Part shown: positions 52,916-64,000 of the stretch, piece by piece
Position numbering within the stretch: position 1 is the stretch's first letter
Layout of the letters: each line of letters opens with the position of its first letter
DNA from: Octopus vulgaris
Taxonomy: Eukaryota
Assembly: GCA_951406725.2 (NCBI GenBank)
Contig: OX597822.1
Location: 55,862,001 to 55,926,000, forward strand
Length of the DNA stretch: 64,000 nt
Direction of reading: 5' to 3'
Notes under the pieces: model-generated
What the model was told of the DNA's origin: nothing
Databases searched by the model: none
The model's input: only the letters and a program-made list of their open reading frames with translations
Translations under genes and position numbers: made by a program

Positions 52916-53344
52916 ATATAATGCAATAAATGTATTCCATTACGATTACCCAGAAAGCGCGCATGGCAGAATTTTGGAGGGAAAATTTACGTTCCCAGTC
53001 GTTACTTAGTTTTAACATCTGCGCTCTTCCCCCCACTATCTGATGTCGCTGGGTCAGAAGTGAGGGCTGGTGGCATTTGGTAAAGCTATCGAATATAGCG
53101 CCGATGACGGAATTCAAACTAATTCTTTCTATGTTTGCGATCCAGAAACACGTGTTCGCTATTAACGGTAAGTGACTGATTTCGTATATTTGCCACTCCG
53201 GTTTTGTGTATGTGAGCCGTAAGGGCCTTCGTTTTTGGAATCTCCACTTATAGAAAATGGAAAAAACGGTCTTTGACTGCCATTTCTAATTCCTTCGGTA
53301 TGAGGCGAAACAGCCTGCTGCTAGCCATCTTATTTTTTCTTTAC

Positions 53345-53447
<103 letters not shown>

Positions 53448-53496
53448 ACATATATATATATACATATACATACATATACATATATATATACATATA

Positions 53497-54014
53497 TTTA
53501 AAACTGTATACAGCTATGGTACGACCACACTTGGAATTCGCATCATCAGTTTGGAACCTCTATCTTGCTCAGAACATTGACCTCCTGGAATCTGTTCAGA
53601 GACGTGCAACCAAACGCATACCCTCCATCAGACACCTACCATACTATGAGCGCCTTGTTTCCCTGGGCATGGATTCACTGAAGCTCCGGCGTCTGGCGAT
53701 GGACTTGGTAAACACCCACAAAGTTATCAACTACCTCACCAACAACAACACTGAACACCTTTTTGATCTTCATGTGTCTAACACACGTGGACATGCCTAC
53801 AAAATCAGAAAACAACACAGCTCCCATGACTTTCGGAAACATTTTTTCACGCTCAGAGTTGCTGAAGCATGGAACAAACTGCCTGCGTCAGTTGTTGACT
53901 GCCATGACACTGCATCCTTTAAGGCCCTCATGCTTTCCGAAATCCGCCGAAACTACGCCTGATTATACATACACTTTAGATGAGTTGTAGTGCACCTGAG
54001 CACTGTACACAATG

Positions 54015-54018
<4 letters not shown>
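53497..54018 (+). mobile_element. 3' end of CR1-group LINE
   Basis: [51 protein letters not shown]; short 3' UTR then (ATT)n. Confidence 0.92.
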
Positions 54019-54049
<31 letters not shown>

Positions 54050-54062
54050 CATACACACACAC

Positions 54063-54145
<83 letters not shown>

Positions 54146-54190
54146 AATGAAAGAATGGAGTTGAACGACGATTTAACAAAATTCCTTTAT

Positions 54191-54271
54191 TCTCGACATA
54201 TGTTTCGAAGGCTGCATATTCCTAATTTCGAAGGAATAAGGGGTGCATTATACTGCCTTCTCATCAGGAGA
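54191..54271 (-). ncRNA. Type I hammerhead ribozyme (mirror copy)
   Basis: Reverse complement of 54420-54500 with intact core. Confidence 0.85.
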
Positions 54272-54419
54272 TACAAGGAACGTATGTCAGCATCAAGATG
54301 AACAAAAACTTTTAGATGACTGCTCACTCGGATTCCATAGCGATAATGAGTTTTTATTTGAAATCTAAAAGTCATCTAAAAGTTTTTGTTCATCTTGATG
54401 CTGACATAAGTTCCTTGTC

Positions 54420-54500
54420 TCTCCTGATGAGAAGGCAGCATAATGCACCCCTTATTCCTTCGAAATTAGGAATATGCAGCCTTCGAAACATATGTCGAGA
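54420..54500 (+). ncRNA. Type I hammerhead ribozyme, canonical core, GUC site
   Basis: TCTC-CTGATGA-GAAGGC...GCCTTC-GAA-ACATATGT-C-GAGA; long stem II; predicted cleavage after C54496. Confidence 0.87.
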
Positions 54501-54861
54501 ATAAAGGAATTTTGTTAAATCGTCGTTCAACCCCATTCTTTCATTGAGTTGTATTAAAAAACAGAAATTTCCACACGAAAGCACGTGATCTCTGCCCTTG
54601 GCGTGTAGCTTCAACCGTGTTTTTCTGACGTGAATTTGCTACCCAGGTATCGGTTAACCGAATTAAACATACTAGGATAATTCATTCAACTACTTAAATA
54701 TATATATATATATATAAATCAAGGGTAGGACAGAAAGAACACGACCAAAAGGTAAAATACTGAAAGATAGACAATAACATAGACCATTCGAATGTGGCAA
54801 GTGCCAAAGCTTTTTGCTAAAGGCATTAGGCTTCTAAAGAAAGCAACACGCGCATACATAT

Positions 54862-54990
54862 ACGATGGGGTACTGAAAATTTCCTGGCTTCGAGGGTATC
54901 GCAAATGGCTTGGTTGGAGGCCCAACCTTTCGAGTTCTTTTACAGGGCTTTGACAAACTGAAGGACCGCTGTAATATGTGTGTGAATCTG
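54862..54990 (+). mobile_element. mariner MITE fragment
   Basis: TA|CGATGGGGTACTGAAAATTTCCTGGCT TIR-like start and KLKDRC C-terminal relic. Confidence 0.5.
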
Positions 54991-55508
54991 ATTTATTGAT
55001 CCTCCTGTATTTTCTTTTAGCGAAAGCCACAAACTCTCCAGAACTATACATATATAAAACGATCGCAAAAATGGTCTTCAATGGACTCTGTTTCGATTTA
55101 GTTGCACTTTATTTTATATATTTATGATCATGTGTTTTTATATATTTATATTATTTTAGCTCCATTGCCTTAAATTTTTTCGTCACATTTTTTAAGCATG
55201 AATTTATCTCACATATTTTTCTTTATTCGACTTCACTCTTATTACCCTTTTAGATTTCATCACCTTTTATTCATGTATATGTGCATATTTTATCCTATTG
55301 GATTTTACCATTGGGTACCCTATTATTTTAATATATATTTATATTCGATTTTTGATAATTTGGGAATGATATAAAGTTGTTTTGATCAGTTGAAATGTTT
55401 ATTCATTATACCTTTCAATTTATTTCTCCTTTTGCCTCGGTGTCACCTGAACACTTCCACCCCTAATTATATTTTTGCGCTTCTGTTTAACGAAGTTATG
55501 AAATTATC

Positions 55509-55549
<41 letters not shown>

Positions 55550-55614
55550 ATCTATCTATCTATCAAGCTATCTATCTATCTATACATACATGTATATATA
55601 CATATATAGATATG

Positions 55615-56215
55615 TATTTGTGTGTCCTTTCTTGTCCTCCCACCATCGCTTGGCGACTGATGTTGGCGTGTTTACGTCCCCGTAACTTAGCGGTTCGGCA
55701 AAAGAACTGATAGAATAGGTACTAGGTTTAAACTGAATAAGTTCTGGGGTCGATTGTTCGAATGAAGGCAGTGCTCCAGCATGACTGCAGTTAAAATGAC
55801 TGGAGCAAGTAAAAGAATAAAAGAATATATATATACGTATAGATAGTTGTGTGTGTATGTGTGTGTGTGTGTGTGTGTGTGTTTATGTGTTTGAAGGCGC
55901 GTGGCTTAGTGGTTGGGGCATTCGGCTCACGATCGTAAGGTCGCCAGTTCAATTCCCTGCGACGCGTTGTGTCCTTGAGCAAGACACTTTATTTCACTTT
56001 GCTCCAGTCCACTCAGTTGGTAAAAATGAGTAGTACCTGTATTTCAAAGGACCAGCCTTGTCAGACTCTGTTTCACGCTGAATCTCCATGAGAACAACAT
56101 TAAAGGTACATGTGTCTGTGGAATGCTCAGCCACTTGCAAGTTAATTCACGAGCAAGCTGTTCCGTTGACCGTTTCAGTTGGGACCCTCGTAGTCGTAAC
56201 CGGCGGAGTGCTCCT
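55615..56215 (+). mobile_element. SINE family A 3' half (55615-55825) and full SINE family D (55893-56215)
   Basis: GAAGGCGCGTGGCTTAGTGGTT...AGTTCAATTCCC head and CORE-like GTGTCCTTGAGCAAGACACTTT. Confidence 0.85.
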
Positions 56216-57704
56216 ATGTATATGTATGTATGAGCATATATATATATATATCTATACATATACACACACACATACATACATATGTGTGTGTAAATATTTG
56301 TATGTATGTATGTATGTTTCATATTTTGATGCATAAAAATCTTCAATTATTATTCCTATATTGTTATACAAAAACATATACATATCTTAATACAATTACA
56401 CACATGCATTTGCAGTTCATCTTAAAAGCTTCATTTCTCTCACTTTTATTTTCATGACTTAATTATTTATCGATTCAATAACTGGAGAGTACACAACAGA
56501 ATTGAAAGACAAGATAACATAGGTAGGGTTTGCTTTCTAAAACGACTGAGTGGGATTTGAGTGACGTTTGGCTGCTATTTCCAGTGAAACGGACAACCAG
56601 TTAGCAAATTTAATGTGTTAAGTGATTAATAATTATCGTTGCTTATGGAAATTTCGTTCATGCCTCAGATAAGATAGATTGATTGATTGATTCTAGTTTC
56701 AGCTTATGAGCTGTGGCCATGCTGGGGCACCGCCATTTGGTGTTGCTACTTGGTTTCACTTCACGAAAGCTTTCTAGCAACTGCCATTTGGTGCATGAGA
56801 GAGTTCGATGCAGCTGCCCTCATCTGCCCCTCCTGCCGTGAAGTTGGTTCATCTGGGACACCTGATATCCATAAACATTTTTCATTTTTTATTTATTGAT
56901 ACATTTTTCTTTCTTTTGTAATTTGATGTGAAATAACGAAAGCATTCGTTATTTTGAGGAGATGCCATGCTGGAGTCGAAATAACAAACCTTTTATTGCT
57001 AAGCAAACGCTCCTTTTTACCAACAAACGCTTTTAAGCCCCGAGTTATTCTGTTTAATGATTAAGTACATTTTCATATATTAGAATCAATTCAACAGATG
57101 AATGATGTTGCATGTAATTAATTTTTGTCTTCGTCTATTGCTGACTTTTGCGATGACTTTTTGTTACAATAAGTATTTGAACTCAAGTAGGTACTCCCAT
57201 GTCATTAAATCAAAAGATTCTATTTACAAAAAATATGTAAGAAATTAATTCAATCTGACAAAATGCTATTAAAATATGGCACTTACTTATTTCATACCTT
57301 TTAGCTGACACTCCTAACAACCTACGTTGATCTGTTCTTAAACATAAAATTAATAAAACCATAATTTATATACATATATTTACTTTTCTGTCACTTGAAA
57401 TGAATTATATTTTTGTATTAAACCTGTAAATAATTATGATTGTGGTTTTCTCTTATTTTTTTGTGTGTGTTCTTATTGCTATTAACTTTTGCTAGTTTTT
57501 GCTGCTGTAGTGGTTGTCGATGCTTTTATCATCAATAATGCTAAAATATTACTGTAAAGAAGAAAAACGTGATTATCAATTTGACTATTATTATTCCATT
57601 AGTATTAATGATATTGAGTGACATTACTGTATAAACAAAGACAGCTTCGCATCACTTGAGCACATGCAATATCTTGTTATATTCAGAATACTCTACTGTA
57701 CTGA

Positions 57705-58000
<296 letters not shown>

Positions 58001-58612
58001 GTATGTATGTGTGCATGTATGTGTATGTATGTGAGTGTGTAAATTAAAAGGATGAAAATGTGCAATTAAGTTTATACAAGTGTAATCCTCTCAGATATAT
58101 TAAAAGACAAATAACGAATGTGTTTCGTTTAAATATACTAAATATTTATTATTTTACGCCTTTAGATCTATGCGAGGAAAATGAGAAACCTTAGATTTCG
58201 TCGCATTATAAGGGACAAAGGAAGCTGAAAAGTAGATTTATTAACGAGAATCAGTTAGACAGGGAAATACTGAGGCGAAAGTCTTGTCGAATGACAGCAA
58301 CAGTTTAAAAGGCAAGAAGCATTTAGTAAAAAGTTGTAATGCCAGATAAGGCATAAACAAATTGGTGTTCAGTGAGAGTCTCTTACAAAAAATTGAAAGA
58401 AATGTATATAGATAAAGAGAAATACTGAAGGCATACAAATACAGCATTGGAGAAAAAACAGCAACTGAATACACCATGACCCTTGTCTGTAGCTTCAGAT
58501 TCTAGCTTCCGAAGACACGATGAAATCGTATCCTATTCTCGACGTCTTTCTCGGAATCACAGTGTATGTAGGAAAAGCTTCCAAAATAAGGAAATAACAT
58601 ATATCTATAGAA

Positions 58613-58838
58613 GGCGGCGAGCTGGCAGAAACGGTAGCACGGCGGGCGAAATGCGTAGCCGTATTTTGTCAGCCGTTACGTTCTGAGTTCAAATTCCGCC
58701 GAGGTCGACTTTGCCTTTCATCCTTTCGGGGTCGATAAATTAAGTACCAGTTTCGCACTGGGGTCGATGGAATCGATTTAATCCGTTTGCTTGTCCTTGT
58801 TTGTCCCCTCTATGTTTAGCCCCTTGTGGGTAGTAAAG

Positions 58839-58841
<3 letters not shown>
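58613..58841 (+). mobile_element. SINE family B, full length
   Basis: GGCGGCGAGCTGGCAGAAACG ... TGAGTTCAAATTCC ... GGGGTCGATAAATTAAGTACCAG. Confidence 0.9.
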
Positions 58842-58910
<69 letters not shown>

Positions 58911-58962
58911 ATATATATGATATGGTATGGTATGTATGATATGATATAATATGATATATGAT

Positions 58963-60102
58963 AGCATACCAAGACTGATACGAAATCAGAGGGAGCAAAC
59001 CATCGGACGTCTCCATGCTTGTCAACATCCATAAGTCATTGCTACTGACTAGACCTGCAGTATTCGGACAATTGAGCAACTGAGGGAAGGATACAATGCT
59101 ACAAACAGCACGGATGATCGTCCTCGCAGTGGTCGACCGAGAGTTACAACGGCATGTCAATATCCCTATCTGCATAGACAGCACTTCCAGGACCGATTCC
59201 GGAGAGCAACGGAATCAGCTAGGCAGACCATAGGGACGCACCAAAAATCCATTTGTGCAGAGACAGTTCGCTGCCGGCTGAGATCTTTCAATCAGTCTTG
59301 TCGACGTCCGGTTAGGGGCCCCGCCCTCACAGATCGTCATCGACGGGCACGTCTGCAGTGAGCTAAGAAACGTCAGAACTGACGATATTAGGATTAGAGG
59401 CACTGTAGTCTTCTCTGATGAAGGTCGATATTGTATTTCTGTGACAGATGGCAGAGCTAGGGTTTGGAGAAAGGGCGAACGTCATGCCGATGGCTGTGTG
59501 GTGGAGAGAGACTGATAGGAAGGACAGAGCATCATGGTATGGGGCGGGATTGCACCCAACCAGAAACTTGGACCGGTGGTCTTCCAAAACATCGGCCAAG
59601 GCCGAGGCAATGGAGTAACTGCTGCTCGCTACATCGACCAAGTTTTGAGGCCACACATTGTCATACTTTGCCCGTCATCGGAATCACATATTCCAGCACG
59701 TCAACAGCCGTGCTCATACTGTCAGGTTGACACCAGACTTCCTTCAACAGCACAACATCCAGACACTGTTATGGCCTGCCCTAAGTCCGGACTTGAACCC
59801 CTTAGAGAACCTGCGGGACGAAATCCAAAGAAGGCTAAATATCATCCGTCCAAGGCCAACAACTGTGGCACAACTCACTGCGAGTGTGGGCTGCTTCCCC
59901 ATGGCCTTCATCAATCGTTTAGTGCATTCAATGTACAGAAGATGCCCGACGATAATCAACGCTAACGATGGTCACAGGAGATATTGAGTTCATCTCTTTG
60001 GATCCAGGACACTCCGTCATCACTTGACACCTTGTGATGTGTAACATGTTTCAGGAATTAACGTTTTATCATTAGGAAAGAACGGTTTCTTAATTAGTAC
60101 TG
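58963..60102 (+). mobile_element. Decayed Tc1-like transposon, 5' truncated
   Basis: DDRPRSGRPRVTT, VVFSDE, MVWGGI, AARYIDQVL, WPALSPDLNPLENL; stops and frameshifts; ends ...TAGTACTG. Confidence 0.9.
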
Positions 60103-60162
60103 TTCAATCAATGCTATGGTAATGTGTGCGGCATTTCTTTTGTGGTTCAGTTTATAATTATC

Positions 60163-60163
60163 A

Positions 60164-60206
<43 letters not shown>

Positions 60207-60331
60207 TAATAATAATAATAATGATAATAATAATAATAATTATGATGATAATAATAATAATAATAATGATAAAAATAATAATAATAATAATGATAATAAT
60301 AATAATGATAATTATAATAATAATAATGATG

Positions 60332-60374
<43 letters not shown>

Positions 60375-60388
60375 TAATAATAATAATT
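60163..60388. repeat. (AAT)n microsatellite
   Basis: Direct reading; further (AAT)n at about 62047-62124 and 62231-62421. Confidence 0.97.
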
Positions 60389-60922
60389 TTTGTCACTTTT
60401 TACCTCTTACTATTTTACTAAAAATTTTTATTGCATAAAATCAGCATTTTTAGATTCTTCTCGTTTTGACTTATCATTTGAGCTTAAATATAATTTAGAT
60501 TGCTTTTAAAGTAACAAAGTTTTTTGAAGTCAAAGTTGATTGGAGGCGTTACTCACTTTTTTCGGCGCTTTTGGCTTTACAACTTCTTTATATTAAAGAT
60601 TCTTTTGCTAAAATTGGCATTCCGTATTGTTCTTTCATTTAAGCTTAAACAAAATATAGTCTGCTTTTAAAATAAGAAAGTTACTTTGATTCAAAGTCGA
60701 TTTTCGCTTTACTCTCCCCCTTTGGAGCTGACATATTATAACGTAACTTTTTTTCCACTGAACCAAATTTCAATATTTTAACGCCAAAAGATAGCGTGGG
60801 AGGTGGCTATTATAGAACTATTAACTGCGTTGAGAAATGAGTTATGAAAAAGCTTTGAAGAGGTTGTGGGTGAGTAAATGTCGGCCTTAAGAATATTATT
60901 CAACCACTACTGTGGTTGAATG

Positions 60923-61081
<159 letters not shown>

Positions 61082-61859
61082 CAGATATGATCACGAGAAG
61101 GTTTACAATTGCTTTCTAATTTTAGCTTTCTTCTCTGTCAGTCTTACGAATGAGACTTAACCCTTTTATATACAAATGTGTGTGTGTGCATGTATCTCTC
61201 TATCTTTCTCTCTCTGTATTTATCTACACACACACACACACAGACACACACTAAAAGAACCTGACCAATGCTACAAAATGAAAACACTATATGAATAAAG
61301 AAAGTAAAAAGCTGCTTTACTAATATTACTACGAAAGCTCACATCATGGTTAACAAATCCCTTGTCTGTAATTAACATAACTGGACAGAGAGTGGTTTTA
61401 TATTCATGTCAATGACTGGTTGAGCTGTTCCCGAACCGGGGGTTTATATGTATCGTGATTCAACAACATTACTGCAAAAACTATCCCACTGTTCAACAAA
61501 TGATTGCCAGGGCAAATTGAAAACAAATTGAAGTATATTTTGAACAACTTTCATCTCCTTAAAATGACGTGTAAAAACTTAATTTAATATCGTCTTTTGC
61601 CTCAGTACAGCAGCAACAGTGAGCTGAATAACAACTACAATCATTCCTATTAGCTGCGGAGATGACCTCGATTCTGAACCAATCGATCCCACCATCTCAA
61701 CACAAGGCACAGCATATTTTCTTCTCTCTTCAATCACTACATCCATTATTGTAGCAGCCGATACTATGTACTCATCATCAAAGTTATAATCTTCTCCTCT
61801 TCCTCCTCCTCCTCCTCCTCCTCCTCCTCCTCATCATCATCATCATCATCATCATCCGC

Positions 61860-62044
61860 TTGGAATTTGGGGGAGGGAGATAGTCGATTACATCGATCAC
61901 AGTATTTCCCTGGTTAATTTAGCGACCCCGAAAGGATGAAAGGCAAAGTCGACCTCAGCAGAATTTGAACTCAGAACGTGAAGACACACGAAATACCGGT
62001 AAGCATTTCGCCCGGCGTCCCTACGATTCTGCTAGCTCACCGCT

Positions 62045-62103
<59 letters not shown>

Positions 62104-62210
62104 TAATAATAATAATAATAATAATCCTTTCTGCAGGAAGCACAAGGCCTGAAATATGGGGAGGCGATTACATCGACTCAAGTAGGTAACTGGTACATAT
62201 TTCATTGACC
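61860..62210 (-). mobile_element. SINE family B copies flanking an (AAT)n tract
   Basis: GACCCCGAAAGGATGAAAGGCAAAGTCGACCTC. Confidence 0.82.
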
Positions 62211-62246
62211 CAACATGCAGATTAAAAACTAAATAATAATAATTAT

Positions 62247-62302
<56 letters not shown>

Positions 62303-62319
62303 TAATAATAATAACAATA

Positions 62320-62422
<103 letters not shown>

Positions 62423-63057
62423 GAGTAATAAGGACGCGAAGATTCTTTTTTCTCTATGGCTGACCTCCACACCATCTGTCGAGTCTATTTATAGACCTGT
62501 AGAATATGATATATCCACCAAGCTGCTACCCAACTATTTCCTTCAACAACCACATATTTATGATTATCTCACGTACAGGATAATAATAATTATTCAATAA
62601 TAAATGGAATAGTAATAATGATAGTAACAATGGTGGTGGTAGTGGTGGTGGTGGTGGTGATGGTGATAATAATAAAAATAATAATATTATGCTGCATCTG
62701 CTAATATTACAACTACTACTCTTATGATAGCCCAGGAATCTGAGGCCCAACCACTACTCTTACTACTACCCCACCCACGCTACTGTTGCTGCTGCTGCCA
62801 CCACTGCTGCTACTATATATAAAAATAATAATATCTGTGATATCAGTGATGATAATAATAATAGTAATAATGAAAAGAAACGGGTGGAGCCTCCTTTGGA
62901 CTGATTAATGATACATCTAGTGATGGTGTCACAATAAAAACACTGGTAATTGTGCAACCTGATAATTACTGCCTCATATGAGTGACAATGAAAAAGCAAA
63001 ATATTGTGAATAACGGTGGTAGTGAAACTGAAGCCGATTATGGTGACAATGTTGCAC

Positions 63058-64000
63058 CCGGCAGGCTCAGAGATTCTGATGAATGTCATGCACGAATAAG
63101 CTGCGCAACTCAACAACTTGTTAAATGCCGACCAAGTAACACCAGAGTGGTTGACAATGGGTAGGATAGTGCTGTGCTTGAAAAAACATCGCAAAAGGCA
63201 ATACTGTAGACAATTACAGGCCAGTATCCTGTTTGCCACTTATGTGGAAGCTATTGAATGGAATACTTACAGAGTCAGTGTACGAACATCTGGAAAAAAT
63301 GGAGTCTTGCCACATGACCAGAAGGGTTGCAAGCGTAAGTGCAGAGGCACCAAGTATCAACTCCTGATAGACTAAACTGTACTTAGAGACTGCAAGAGGA
63401 GGAAAAGTAACTTAGCCATGTCATGGATCGACTATCGTAAGGCGTACGATATGATCCCACATTCTTGGATTATGGAATGTATGAACCTATTTGGTATTGC
63501 ATCGAATGTTGAGTGATTGCTTGGAAAAAGTATGTCGAATTGGAGGACGGACCTGACAGAATACGGAAGAAGTTTAGGGACAATAGAAATTAGGAGGGGC
63601 ATCTTCCAAGGGGACTGCCTGTCCCCAATGATCTTTGTACTGTACTTGATACCACTAAGACTGATTCTGAGAAAAGCAAAAGCTGGGTATGTATTCAAAA
63701 AGCCGCCAACAAGAAGCCAATCATTTGTTATTTATGGATGACCTCAAACTGTATGGTAAAGATGAAATCCAAGCCAGTTCCCTTGTTGATACGGTGTATA
63801 CCTTCAGTGCTGATATCGGAATGGAGTTCGGACTGAAAAGTGAGGTGTGTTACTCTTGAAGAGAGGCAAAATCAAATGTATGGACGGGCTAACGATATCG
63901 TCAGGGGGAGGTTATGTAGCAGATAGAGACGGGTTATAAGTACTTGGGGATTTTGGAAATGGATAAATTGATGGAGAAAGAAATGACAGAAAATTTTAAG
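63058..64000 (+). mobile_element. R4/Dong-type LINE RT region, decayed, runs off the window
   Basis: [73 protein letters not shown]; stops and frameshifts. Confidence 0.9.

Larger units (their letters stand above)
54146..54700. mobile_element. Fold-back element: 176-bp inverted arms, 48-nt spacer, right-hand tail
   Basis: Arms 54146-54321 and 54370-54545 differ at 4 positions by eye; bounded by TA tracts. Confidence 0.88.

Noticed and set aside
52920-53335. Possible coding relic on the minus strand between (TA)n tracts
   Set aside because: Multiple stops and no motif I can recognise; probably a TE fragment but not assignable without a search.

Overview
This is eukaryotic, AT-rich, repeat-saturated non-coding DNA with no supportable intact host gene. 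The microsatellite load and SINE repertoire look like an octopus/cephalopod genome (inference from pattern recognition, not from a search). Most listed ORFs are artefacts of (TA)n, (CA)n, (TATC)n and (AAT)n tracts. Real content: several tRNA-derived SINE families; decayed Penelope-like elements (PLE; RT plus GIY-YIG); R4/Dong-, Hero- and CR1-type LINE fragments; mariner/Tc1 relics and MITEs; two Helitrons. The most interesting signal is about 16 hammerhead-ribozyme (HHR) motifs in about 6 sequence families, all type I with a short self-complementary stem III. They lie in PLE terminal repeats and in short coding-free copies inserted in microsatellites. Several form divergent fold-back pairs with one HHR per strand, and some carry non-canonical cores (U3-A8 covariation, U at position 6, extra A after A9). 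A degenerate HDV-like fold at a SINE 3' end and a multi-template local insertion were also seen. All RNA structures were folded by eye and need computational and biochemical confirmation.
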